A DNA stretch of 64,000 nt from Burkholderiales bacterium. Its GTDB lineage: Bacteria > Pseudomonadota > Gammaproteobacteria > Burkholderiales > SG8-41. Made by a program: the position numbers and the translations under genes. The stretch spans positions 38,081 through 102,080 of the forward strand of contig JAURHM010000003.1 of the NCBI GenBank assembly GCA_030833315.1, written 5' to 3'. The notes beneath the pieces are model-generated. The model was given only the letters and a program-made list of their open reading frames with translations. It did no database searches and had not been told where the DNA came from. Positions 16,871 to 26,091 of the stretch are shown piece after piece. How positions within the stretch are numbered: position 1 is the first letter of the stretch; the number at the start of each line of letters is the position of its first letter.

Positions 16871-18901
16871 ATGCTGATCTATGCGCTGACCATTTTCGCG
16901 AGTGCCTTCCTGCTGTTTCTGGTGCAACCGATCATGGCCAAACAGATCCTGCCCTGGTTCGGCGGTTCCGCCGCGGTTTGGACCACCTGCCTGATGTTTT
17001 TCCAATTGGTACTGCTGTTCGGCTACGCCTACGCCGACTGGACCATCCGTTTTCTCAAACCGCGTCCGCAGGTGATCCTGCACGTGGTGCTGCTTGTCGC
17101 GAGCCTGGTATCGCTGCCGATCATCGCCGGCACCGGCTGGAAACCCGAAGGCGCTGAAGATCCGACCTGGCTGATCCTCGGTCTGCTCGCGGCAACCATC
17201 GGCCTGCCTTATTTCCTGCTGTCGACCACCGGCCCGCTGCTGCAGGCCTGGTTCTCGCGCAGTTTCCCCGACGCCAAAAACGTCTATCGCCTGTTCGCAC
17301 TGTCCAACGGCGCTTCGCTGATCGCGCTGATCGCCTATCCCTTTGCGGTGGAACCCTGGGTCACCACGCACGAACAATCGATCGGCTGGAGCGCCGGTTA
17401 TGCGCTGTTCGCCGCTTTGTGCGCGACATCGGCGGTGTTCAGCCTGCGCCCCTCGCAAAGCACCGCAGCCACGCCGGCCAGCGGCATCGCCACGGCGGAC
17501 GGTCCGCCGCCGCGCGCCACGGACTATTTCCTGTGGCTGGTGCTGGCGGCGATGGGTTCGTTCATGCTGATCGCGGTTACCAACCACATCACCCACGACG
17601 TCGCCTCGGTCCCCTTCCTGTGGATTCTGCCGCTGTCCCTGTACCTGCTGTCCTTCGTGCTGTGTTTTGAGGGCCGCAACTGGTACCAGCGTACGATTTT
17701 CTTGGGGCCGCTGCTGGTGATTGTCGGCGCGATGGCCTGGGCGCTGCACACCGACGGCGGCGTGATGAACATCAAGGAAGCAATTCCGCTGTTCGCCGTC
17801 GGCCTGTTCGTGATGTGCATGTTCTTCCACGGCGAACTCGCCGCGCTGAAACCGGCACCGCGCCATCTCACCGGTTATTACCTGATGATTTCGCTGGGCG
17901 GCGCCGTCGGCGGCCTGCTGGTAGGCTTTGTCGCGCCCAAGCTGTTCAACACCTATTACGAATTCGGCTTCGGCCTGGTGTTTACTGCCTTGCTCGCGGC
18001 CTATGTCACGCGGCGCGTGATGATCCTCGTGCCGGTGCTGGCGCTGGCGGCTGCGGGATTCACCGGTTACCACGTAAACAACTACATCAACATGCTGTCG
18101 AATGACGCCCGGGTGATGGCGCGTAATTTCTACGGCACACTGCGCGTCAAGGATTACGGCGACGCCAACAGCGCCACCGGCACACGCCGCCTGATGCACG
18201 GTGTGATCATGCACGGCGAGCAGTTCCTGCTGCCGGAAAAGCAGCAGCAGCCGACCACCTACTACGGCCCGGATTCCGGCATCGGCCGCATCATCAGCGT
18301 CAAACGCGAAAACGCTGCCGCCATCAATGTCGGCGTGGTCGGCCTCGGCGCGGGCACGCTGGCGGCATACGGACGCAAGGGCGACAACTACCGCTTTTAT
18401 GAAATCAATCCGCAGGTCATCGACGTCGCGATGAAGGAGTTCACCTACCTGACCTCGACGCCGGCAAAAATTGAAAACCTTCTCGGCGACGCGCGCCTGA
18501 CCATGGAACGCGAAACGCCGCAGAACTACGATGTGCTCGCCATAGACGCCTTCTCCAGCGATTCCATCCCCACCCACCTGATGACCCATCAGGCGATGGG
18601 TGTATATATCAAGAACATGAAACCGGACGGCGTCATCGCCTTCCACGTCACCAACCGTTTCCTGCACCTCGCCCCGGTAGTTAAACGCATCGCCGATGAA
18701 ACCGGCCTGCACACGGTGCTGATCAGCGATGATCCGGAAGACGGCTCGGATTTCGCCAAGACCGACTGGGTGCTGGTGTCGCGCAGTGAAAAGGCACTGG
18801 CCCACGCACGCATCGCAGAGGCCAAACAGCCGATCGGCAAAATTCCCGGCCTGCGACTGTGGACGGACAGCTTCAACAACCTGTTCAAGATCCTCAAATA
18901 A
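16871..18901 (+). CDS. Fused polytopic membrane / spermidine-synthase-like (class I SAM-fold) protein
   Basis: N-terminal roughly 450 aa of hydrophobic helices (MLIYALTIFASAFLLFLVQPIMAKQILPWFGGSAAVWTTCLMFFQ). C-terminal GVVGLGAGTL ... DVLAIDAFSSDSIP ... DGVIAFH matches the spermidine-synthase/methyltransferase fold. Confidence 0.75.
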   Translation: MLIYALTIFASAFLLFLVQPIMAKQILPWFGGSAAVWTTCLMFFQLVLLFGYAYADWTIRFLKPRPQVILHVVLLVASLVSLPIIAGTGWKPEGAEDPTWLILGLLAATIGLPYFLLSTTGPLLQAWFSRSFPDAKNVYRLFALSNGASLIALIAYPFAVEPWVTTHEQSIGWSAGYALFAALCATSAVFSLRPSQSTAATPASGIATADGPPPRATDYFLWLVLAAMGSFMLIAVTNHITHDVASVPFLWILPLSLYLLSFVLCFEGRNWYQRTIFLGPLLVIVGAMAWALHTDGGVMNIKEAIPLFAVGLFVMCMFFHGELAALKPAPRHLTGYYLMISLGGAVGGLLVGFVAPKLFNTYYEFGFGLVFTALLAAYVTRRVMILVPVLALAAAGFTGYHVNNYINMLSNDARVMARNFYGTLRVKDYGDANSATGTRRLMHGVIMHGEQFLLPEKQQQPTTYYGPDSGIGRIISVKRENAAAINVGVVGLGAGTLAAYGRKGDNYRFYEINPQVIDVAMKEFTYLTSTPAKIENLLGDARLTMERETPQNYDVLAIDAFSSDSIPTHLMTHQAMGVYIKNMKPDGVIAFHVTNRFLHLAPVVKRIADETGLHTVLISDDPEDGSDFAKTDWVLVSRSEKALAHARIAEAKQPIGKIPGLRLWTDSFNNLFKILK

Positions 18902-18956
18902 GCGCGCCGCGGCCAGACGCCGCGGCCGCAGCGGGATTATCATCGGCAGCTTGAAA

Positions 18957-20387
18957 ATGAAGGGTGCAACGCCCATCTTGGAAAGCATGTCGGCCATAAA
19001 TCTCATCTCTTTGTTTTTAAAGAACTTTCTGAATCCCGGTGTGTTATGGGCGCTGGGCACTGCATTGCTGGCGGTGAGCGCCCTGGCGCAGACGGCGGCT
19101 CCCGATGTGCGCGGGCTGCCGACGCTGGCGCCGCTGGTCAATCAGGTCACGCCGGCCGTGGTTAACGTCTCGGTGATTACCCGCGCACCGATGGAAGACA
19201 ACCCGCTGTTTCGCGACCCCTTCTTCCGCCGCTTTTTCAATCTGCCCGACAAACCACAGCGCAAGGAACAGGCGGCGGGCTCCGGCGTCATCGTTGACGC
19301 CGCCCGCGGTTACATCCTGACCAACAACCATGTCATCAAGGATGCCGAGCAGGTCCTGATCACGCTGAAGGACCGCCGCCAGTTTCCCGCCAAGCTGGTC
19401 GGCACAGACCCCGGCACCGACATCGCGGTGCTGAAGATCAGCGCATCCAACCTCAGCGCGCTGCGCATCGGCGACTCCGACACGCTGCAGGTCGGCGACT
19501 ATGTCATGGCCATCGGTAACCCTTTCGGCATCGGCCAGACCGTGACCTCGGGCATCGTCAGCGCGTTGGGCCGCAGCGGGCTTTCTGTCGAAGGTTACGA
19601 AGATTTCATCCAGACCGACGCCTCGATCAACCCGGGTAACTCCGGCGGCGCACTGGTCAATCTGCGCGGCGAACTCATCGGTATCAACACCGCCATCATC
19701 GGACCGGCCGGCGGCAACGTCGGCATCGGCTTTGCCGTGCCGTCAGTGATGGCACGGTCGGTGATGGAACAGATCGTGCGCTACGGCGAAGTACGCCGCG
19801 GCCGGCTGGGTATCGAAATGGCGGATGTGCCGCCAGACGCGCAGCGCCGGCTGAAGCTTCCTTCGCTCGACGGCGCGCTGGTTGCCAATATCGAATCGGG
19901 TTCGCCGGCGGAAAAAGCCGGCTTGCGCAAAGGGGATGTGGTCACTGCACTCAACGGGCGGATGGTACGCGGTCCGTCGGATCTGCGTGCCCGCCTGGGT
20001 CTGACGCCGGTCGGCGAAGAAGTCGACATGACGGTGGCGCGCGAAGGCGGCACTCAACGCATCCGCACCCGTATCGCACCGCCGCAGCCTGCAGGCAATG
20101 GTGAAATGCTGGCAGTCGTGCAGCTGCCTGGCATGCGCGTGGTTGAAATCGAACGCGGCAGCCCGCTGTTTGAACGCCTCAACGGCGGCGGCATCGTGGT
20201 GGCCGCAGTCGAGGCCGGCAGCCGTGCCTTCCAGGCGGGCTTCCGCCCCGGAGACATCATCTACGCGGTGAACCGCCGGCGAATACAAACCACAGCCGAG
20301 TTCCAGAAATTGCTGAGCACCGCCGAGCGCGGTTATGCGGTGAGTCTGCTGCGGGGAGATTTCAGCGTCACCATCATCGTTCGCTGA
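18957..20387 (+). CDS. Do/DegP/DegQ family periplasmic serine endoprotease
   Basis: Catalytic triad contexts TNNHVI, DIAVLKI and GNSGGALVN, plus two PDZ-like regions. The start is uncertain (ATG at 18957 or 18987). The ORF from 18729 overlaps the upstream gene. Confidence 0.88.
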   Translation: MKGATPILESMSAINLISLFLKNFLNPGVLWALGTALLAVSALAQTAAPDVRGLPTLAPLVNQVTPAVVNVSVITRAPMEDNPLFRDPFFRRFFNLPDKPQRKEQAAGSGVIVDAARGYILTNNHVIKDAEQVLITLKDRRQFPAKLVGTDPGTDIAVLKISASNLSALRIGDSDTLQVGDYVMAIGNPFGIGQTVTSGIVSALGRSGLSVEGYEDFIQTDASINPGNSGGALVNLRGELIGINTAIIGPAGGNVGIGFAVPSVMARSVMEQIVRYGEVRRGRLGIEMADVPPDAQRRLKLPSLDGALVANIESGSPAEKAGLRKGDVVTALNGRMVRGPSDLRARLGLTPVGEEVDMTVAREGGTQRIRTRIAPPQPAGNGEMLAVVQLPGMRVVEIERGSPLFERLNGGGIVVAAVEAGSRAFQAGFRPGDIIYAVNRRRIQTTAEFQKLLSTAERGYAVSLLRGDFSVTIIVR

Positions 20388-20414
20388 CAATACTCATAAG
20401 CGTAGCGAACGGCT

Positions 20415-20433
20415 CGAGGGCGCAGCGCCCTCG
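20415..20433. terminator. Hairpin between convergent degP-like and MFS genes (probable bidirectional terminator)
   Basis: CGAGGGCG-cag-CGCCCTCG perfect 8-bp stem inside a larger ATAAGCG...CGCTTAT inverted repeat. The right flank is T-rich. Confidence 0.55.
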
Positions 20434-20450
20434 CTTATTCAGTATTTTTA

Positions 20451-21608
20451 TCAGTCGCGGCTGCGCCGTCCCCCAAGGGGACTTGCTGTGCGGCGTACCA
20501 ACCAGCCGCCGACACCAAGCAGGGCCGAGTTGGCCAGCCACACCGGCGCGTAACCGAAAGCGGTGCCAATGGTACCGAAAAGCAGCGGAATCACCAGATG
20601 GGTGAAATTGTTGACGGTCACCCGTACGCCGGCGGCTTCGGAGGCGCGCCCCTTCGGGGCCAGCGCATAAATCAGCGACATCGACATCGGCTGGCCGCAG
20701 CCAACACCAAGCCCGAGCAGGAAGGCCACCGCGCCCAGCGCTACCGGATGTGAAAAGAACGGAAATAGCGTGAAGGCGAAAGCAGCGACAAAAATCGCAT
20801 AAATCAGCACCTGCACTTCGCTGGTCCGCTTGATCAGCCAGGGCAGTACGGAACGGATCACGAAAGTCGCCAGAGCAAAAGTGCCGAGGATGATGCCGAT
20901 CGCCGACGCCGACAGGCCGATGCCGTGGCCGTAGACCGGCATGTAGAAATTGAACAGATCCCAGCCTGCGGAGATAAAACCACTGGCGATGAAGGTGTTG
21001 CGCAGTTTCGGTGCCCGCCACAATTCCATCGCACCGCCGCCGCCCCCCCCGGAAGCTTTCGCGGCGCCGGGCAGGAAACCGGGATTGCGCAACAGCATAA
21101 GAATCGGAATCACGGTGAAAGCCGCGAGGATCATGAAGGTCTTAAGGTGCCCCAGGTAATCAATCGAAAACCCTGCGATCAGTGGTCCGATGAAACCCGC
21201 ACCGGAAAACCCGAGACTGATAATCGCGTAATTACGAGAGCGATTCTCGGGACCGCCGATACCACCGGCGACACCGGTGACCGTCACAAAAAAGAAATGG
21301 AATGACGAGCCGAGCAGAAAGGACGTCACGTAGAGGGTTGACAGCGTCGGCCACAACACGTTGAGCAGCAGCGCGATACCCAGTCCGATACTGCCGAGCA
21401 GCATCGGCAAGCGCGGGCCGACCCGGTCCGCAAGCTTTCCGATGGCAATCGCAAACAGCATCGGACAGAGCGCATAAAGCGCCATCAGGAAACCGACCTG
21501 CATTTGTGTCGCACCCGATTCCAGTGCGAACAGCGACACTACCACCCGGCTGCCGCCGAAAGCGATGTGATTGAGGACAATCACCACCAGGGTTAGATAT
21601 ATGGCCAT
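20451..21608 (-). CDS. MFS transporter
   Basis: About 12 predicted hydrophobic segments, MFS-like loop GKLADRVGPR between TM2 and TM3, 385 aa. Confidence 0.8.
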   Translation of the reverse strand: MAIYLTLVVIVLNHIAFGGSRVVVSLFALESGATQMQVGFLMALYALCPMLFAIAIGKLADRVGPRLPMLLGSIGLGIALLLNVLWPTLSTLYVTSFLLGSSFHFFFVTVTGVAGGIGGPENRSRNYAIISLGFSGAGFIGPLIAGFSIDYLGHLKTFMILAAFTVIPILMLLRNPGFLPGAAKASGGGGGGAMELWRAPKLRNTFIASGFISAGWDLFNFYMPVYGHGIGLSASAIGIILGTFALATFVIRSVLPWLIKRTSEVQVLIYAIFVAAFAFTLFPFFSHPVALGAVAFLLGLGVGCGQPMSMSLIYALAPKGRASEAAGVRVTVNNFTHLVIPLLFGTIGTAFGYAPVWLANSALLGVGGWLVRRTASPLGGRRSRD

Positions 21609-21788
21609 CGGCTAATATGCGTTGCACTGCGAGAGCGGCAGCAGGCGTCTGAGTTTAGCATCGCCAAAAACAAAACCGGACCGGCATTCCATACTGTATT
21701 CAGCCGGACTGCGGATTCCTTCAGAGAGTATTGCGGTCAGGATGCAGATTCAGCCTTGGTGATTCCGCATTATGGCAAGGCTGCGAGC

Positions 21789-22754
21789 TCAGATTTCGAG
21801 CAGGTGCACGGCAAAATACTGCTGCGGATCGCTCCACACCTCGCGCGCACGGAATCCGGCCGACTGTGCCAGCTGCCGGAATTCATCGATCGAATATTTG
21901 CAGGAGTTTTCGGTATGCAGGCGCTCGCCTGCGGCAAATACAAACCTGCATCCCGCCACCGAAACCGTCTGTGCACACCGGCTCTCCAGATGCATTTCTA
22001 TGCGCCCCGCGGCGGCATCATAAAAAGCGACATGACAAAACTGTGCCGGATCAAAATCCGCACCCAGCTCGCGGTTGATACGTGTCAGCAGATTCAGGTT
22101 GAATGCAGCGGTAACGCCCTGCGAGTCGTTATAGGCGGCATGCAGTACCGCGGGATCTTTTTTGAGATCAACACCGACCAGCATCGCACCGCCGGGGCCG
22201 GCCAGAAGGCGCGCATCGCGCAGAAATGACCGCGCCTCCTCCGGCGTCAGGTTGCCGATGGTGGAACCGGGAAAGTAAATCACGCGGCGCGATGTAGCAT
22301 AAGGCGACAGCCCCGGGATCTCCAGCGATTGCATGTAATCCGCGCACACGGCGATCATGGCAACGCCGGGGAAACGTGCGGCATGACGGTCGGCGGCCGC
22401 ATGCAGCGCATCCGATGAAATATCCACCGCAACATAAGCTGCGGGGCGCATTGCCTGCAGCAGCACTTCCGTCTTGATGCCGGCACCGCTGCCGAACTCA
22501 ATCAGCAGGCAGTCCGGCCCGAGGCTGGCAGCCATCGCAGCCACATGCCCGCGCATCAGCGCGAGTTCGGTGCGTGTCGGGTAATACTCGGGGAGCTCAC
22601 AGATGGCCTCAAAAAGCACTGAGCCGCGGGCATCATAGAAATATTTCGGGGACAACGACTTGGGATTGGAAGCCAGTCCGGACAACACATCATCCAGAAA
22701 CCGGTCTGCAGCCGGATGCAGATCCACAAACGTAGGGGAATGACTGATGCTCAT
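21789..22754 (-). CDS. egtD: L-histidine N-alpha-methyltransferase (EgtD-like, Methyltransf_33 family)
   Basis: PKYFYDARGSVLFEAICELPEYYPTRTE, GSGAGIKT, FPGSTIGNLTP, GVTAAFNLNLL, RIEMHL and TENSCKY all parallel mycobacterial EgtD motifs, including residues corresponding to its histidine pocket. Confidence 0.8.
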   Translation of the reverse strand: MSISHSPTFVDLHPAADRFLDDVLSGLASNPKSLSPKYFYDARGSVLFEAICELPEYYPTRTELALMRGHVAAMAASLGPDCLLIEFGSGAGIKTEVLLQAMRPAAYVAVDISSDALHAAADRHAARFPGVAMIAVCADYMQSLEIPGLSPYATSRRVIYFPGSTIGNLTPEEARSFLRDARLLAGPGGAMLVGVDLKKDPAVLHAAYNDSQGVTAAFNLNLLTRINRELGADFDPAQFCHVAFYDAAAGRIEMHLESRCAQTVSVAGCRFVFAAGERLHTENSCKYSIDEFRQLAQSAGFRAREVWSDPQQYFAVHLLEI

Positions 22755-22784
22755 GTCAGGGCACGGCCGGCAGGGCCGCAGGCT

Positions 22785-23660
22785 TCAGCCCGAGGTATGA
22801 CCGGTGGAGCGAGTTTCCATCCAGCGCTTGATGCGGTTGGCATCGCCAATGCGGGTCATCTTGCCCCAGGAGTCGAGCAGAACGATGATCACCGGCTTGT
22901 TGGCGATTATTGCCTGCATCACCAGGCAGCGGCCCGCCTCGGAAATGTAGCCGGTCTTCGACAGGCCGATATCCCATTCCGGGCTGCCGACCAGGCGGTT
23001 GGAATTGTGATAATTCATACTGCGGCCGCGGGTACCCTGGACGATCAGTCCGGTGTCAGTGGTGAAATCGCGGATCATCGGGTATTTATAGGCTGCAGCC
23101 ACCATCTTGGTGAGATCCTGCGCGGTCGACACGTTTTCGCTGGACAGGCCGGTGCCATCGACAAAACGCGAGCGCCACATCCCCAGCTCCACTGCCTTCT
23201 GGTTCATTGCAGCGACAAAAGCACGTGTGCCGCCCGGATACACGCGGCTCAGCGCTTCAGCAGCGCGGTTCTCGGAAGCCATGAGCGCGAGCTGCAGCAG
23301 CTCACGACGAGTCAGCACGGTGCCGATGTTCAGACGCGAGCGGGTGCCCTTGATGGTGTCTTTGTCCGCTTCGCTGATCGCGATGCGCTCATCCATCGGC
23401 AGGCCGGCATCCAGCACCACCATGGCATTCATCAGCTTGGTGATCGACGCAATAGGCACTACATTGCCGATGTTCTTGGCAAACAAGGGGCGCCCGTCGG
23501 TCTGGTCAATCACCAGCGCCGCGGAAGACTTCAGTTCCGGAGCATGATCGCGGCCGGCAACAGCGGATTTGACCTTGCGGGCCGTGCGCTCCGGGGACTC
23601 TGCAAAAACCGGAGCTGCCACCATCGAAGCCACCAGGATCGCCACAAGCCAACGCGCCAT
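22785..23660 (-). CDS. pbpG: D-alanyl-D-alanine endopeptidase (PBP7/PbpG-type class C low-MW PBP)
   Basis: Signal peptide plus SxxK (SITK), SxN (SEN) and KTG (SKTG) motifs at the expected spacing. Confidence 0.85.
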   Translation of the reverse strand: MARWLVAILVASMVAAPVFAESPERTARKVKSAVAGRDHAPELKSSAALVIDQTDGRPLFAKNIGNVVPIASITKLMNAMVVLDAGLPMDERIAISEADKDTIKGTRSRLNIGTVLTRRELLQLALMASENRAAEALSRVYPGGTRAFVAAMNQKAVELGMWRSRFVDGTGLSSENVSTAQDLTKMVAAAYKYPMIRDFTTDTGLIVQGTRGRSMNYHNSNRLVGSPEWDIGLSKTGYISEAGRCLVMQAIIANKPVIIVLLDSWGKMTRIGDANRIKRWMETRSTGHTSG

Positions 23661-23761
23661 AAAATTCCTGACATTGAGTCTTTGTTAAAAACCCTTGGAA
23701 AATACAGCCTTACGTCATTATTTTCAACCTGTGTATCTCCACAAATCCGGCAACAGGGGCG

Positions 23762-23803
23762 AAAAAAAACTCCGCTGGGTCCGTTTTAGCGGACCGGGCG
23801 GAG
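23762..23803 (-). terminator. Orphan rho-independent terminator (minus strand) in the pbpG / response-regulator intergenic region
   Basis: On the minus strand: CTCCGC-CC-GGTCCG, loop CTAAAA, CGGACC-CA-GCGGAG, followed by eight U (plus-strand A8 at 23762-23769). No annotated minus-strand gene lies upstream of it. Confidence 0.6.
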
Positions 23804-24038
23804 CTTAAAGAGGCCTTGCAATAACCCGCTCAGCACAGGTCACTGCAGTTAACAGACCTCCGAGGAGGAAAAAAACAACACTGCAGATAAACCGCAAAAA
23901 TGCTATCCATCACGCTGTGTTGCAAACAAGATAGTCGCCCCTCCTTACTACAAACTTACACAAAAGCTGTTCTGCCCATCGCAGCAGGGCCCGTGCGCCA
24001 GTATCATGAGGGTCCCGCAGCTCCCCCCAAGCCCAGCC

Positions 24039-24713
24039 ATGCGTTTGCTTGTCATTGAAGACCACCCCATCCTTGCCGACGGCCTGATCAAGGCCCTGAA
24101 AGCCGCTGATTACGCCGTTGATCACGCCGACACCGGGGAGCAGGCTGATCACATGCTGGCAACCCAGCGATATGACGCCGTAATACTCGACATCGGTCTG
24201 CCCAAAGCAGACGGTTACGAAGTGCTGCGGCGGATGCGCCGCAAGGGATCCAAAACCCCGGTGCTGATGCTCACCGCCCGGGATGGACTGGAAGACCGCG
24301 TCAAAGGTCTGGACCTCGGCGCAGATGACTATCTGACCAAACCCTATGACCTTCCGGAACTGGAAGCCCGCGTACGGGCGCTGATCCGCCGCGGCCAGTC
24401 CGGTGGCGGTGCCGAACTTATTCACGGCGATTTGAGCCTGGACACCGCGGGACGGCGGGCCACCATCAAGGGCTCGCCGCTCGATCTGTCCGCGCGTGAA
24501 CTGGGTGTACTGGAGGTATTGATGCTGCGGGTGGGTCGTGTGGTCAGCAAGGAACAACTCGCGGAGCAGCTTTACGGCTGGGGGGAGGAAGTCGGCACCA
24601 ATGCCATCGAGGTCTATGTGCACCGCCTGCGCAAGAAACTGGAACCCGCAGGCGTCAGCGTTCGCACCATCCGCGGCCTGGGCTATCTGCTGGAAAAGGC
24701 CGCGAATGACTAA
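24039..24713 (+). CDS. OmpR/PhoB-family response regulator (TctD/QseB-like)
   Basis: MRLLVIEDHPILADGL receiver start, phospho-acceptor context AVILDIGLP, C-terminal winged helix (VYVHRLRKKL...RGLGYLL). Confidence 0.9.
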   Translation: MRLLVIEDHPILADGLIKALKAADYAVDHADTGEQADHMLATQRYDAVILDIGLPKADGYEVLRRMRRKGSKTPVLMLTARDGLEDRVKGLDLGADDYLTKPYDLPELEARVRALIRRGQSGGGAELIHGDLSLDTAGRRATIKGSPLDLSARELGVLEVLMLRVGRVVSKEQLAEQLYGWGEEVGTNAIEVYVHRLRKKLEPAGVSVRTIRGLGYLLEKAAND

Positions 24714-26091
24714 GCTGCGCACGCTGCGCAGCCGGTTGTTGTTGTGGATCAGCGCGCCGCTGCTGGCGCTTTGGGTCATGAGCACAATGATTGACCACGA
24801 TGTTGCCAGCGGCTTCGTCAATCTCAACTACGACCGCGCCCTACTCGACACCGCGCTGGACCTTGGTCGCAATGTACGAGAAGCCAATAACCAGCTCTAT
24901 CTGGATCTGCCGCAGCCGGTCATCGAGATGCTGATCTCCGGCGAGCAGGGCCGCTTCTATTACCGGGCCAACGGCCCCGTCGGCGAATACATCACCGGCG
25001 ACCCCGATCTGCCGAATCCGCCGGAAGAGGCCAAGGAGGGCCGCGTCACTTACTACGACGCGATGTATCGCAACGAGCCGATTCGCGCAGTGGCCTTACG
25101 CGTTCCCGTGCGCCCCGGCTCAGGCAAGGGCTCCATCATCGTCCAGGTCGCAGAAAAAACCAGTCTGCGCGACGACTTTGCGCGGCAGATCATGCTGCGG
25201 ATGATGGTGCCCCAGGCGGTGCTGGTGATCCTCGCTGCGATGGCGGTCTGGCTGGGCGTAGGTTTTGGCCTGCGTGCATTGACCACGGTGCGCAGCGAAA
25301 TCGAAAACCGATCCCACGTCGACCTCAGCCCCATCCGCGACGCCAACACGCCGTATGAAGTGCGTCCGCTGGTGCAAGCGATGAACGATCTGCTATCCCG
25401 GCTCAGCGTCGCGCTCGCCGCCCAGCAGCGTTTTATCGCCGATGCGGCACACCAGTTGCGCACACCGGTTGCGGCGCTGAAGACGCAAACCGAGCTTGCG
25501 TTGCGGCAGGTCAGAGACGGCGAGGCCAAAACGTCGCTGCAGCAGGTTCATGCCGCTGCGGATCACGCGGCAAGACTTGTCAATCAATTGCTGACGCTGG
25601 CACGCGCGGAACCGGGGTCACCCCACAGCGTGATGCGTGAGTGCATCAATCTGGCGGCACTAGCGCGCGAGACCACCGTGGAATGGGTGCCGCGGGCACT
25701 GAACCGCGTCATTGATCTCGGCTTTGACGACACCTCGGTGGATGCCGAAATCAGCGGCGATCCCTTCCTGTTGCGGGAACTGCTCAACAACCTGATTGAC
25801 AACGCACTCAACTACACCTCTTCGGGCGGTCACATCACCGTGCGCGTATTGAAGGAAGACATTCTCGCGACCCTCGAAGTCGAAGACGATGGCTGTGGGA
25901 TTCCGGAAGAGGAACGTGAAATTGTATTCGAGCGTTTCTACCGCAGCGCCGGCGGCTCACCGGCAGGTTGCGGTCTGGGCCTGGCCATCGTCCGCGAAAT
26001 CGCCCAGGGCCACGGTGCGACCGCCACTATCCGCAGCGGCACCCACGGCCGCGGCACACGCATCGTTATCGCGTTTCCGGCACTGGGCTGA
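24706..26091 (+). CDS. Sensor histidine kinase (two TM segments, 2CSK_N-type periplasmic N-terminal domain; TctE/QseC-like)
   Basis: H box AHQLRTPVAAL, N box LLNNLIDNALNYT, G boxes DDGCGIP and GCGLGLAIV. The start overlaps the regulator stop (ATGACTAA). Confidence 0.88.
   Translation: MTKLRTLRSRLLLWISAPLLALWVMSTMIDHDVASGFVNLNYDRALLDTALDLGRNVREANNQLYLDLPQPVIEMLISGEQGRFYYRANGPVGEYITGDPDLPNPPEEAKEGRVTYYDAMYRNEPIRAVALRVPVRPGSGKGSIIVQVAEKTSLRDDFARQIMLRMMVPQAVLVILAAMAVWLGVGFGLRALTTVRSEIENRSHVDLSPIRDANTPYEVRPLVQAMNDLLSRLSVALAAQQRFIADAAHQLRTPVAALKTQTELALRQVRDGEAKTSLQQVHAAADHAARLVNQLLTLARAEPGSPHSVMRECINLAALARETTVEWVPRALNRVIDLGFDDTSVDAEISGDPFLLRELLNNLIDNALNYTSSGGHITVRVLKEDILATLEVEDDGCGIPEEEREIVFERFYRSAGGSPAGCGLGLAIVREIAQGHGATATIRSGTHGRGTRIVIAFPALG

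Noticed and set aside
16862-19141. A 759-aa ORF on the minus strand spanning the whole spermidine-synthase-like gene and the start of degP.
   Set aside because: It is antisense to two genes with clear family motifs. The translation is low-complexity and Arg/Gly/Ala/Gln/His-rich with no recognisable domain. Long stop-free antisense frames are expected in high-GC DNA.
23830-23910. The 26-codon Cys-rich ORF (MDSIFAVYLQCCFFPPRRSVNCSDLC) as a bona fide protein gene.
   Set aside because: Its codons are AT3-rich (TTT, CCT, TGT, AGT, GTT), contrary to all confident genes here. There is no properly spaced Shine-Dalgarno directly before its ATG. I keep it only as part of the sRNA-candidate finding.
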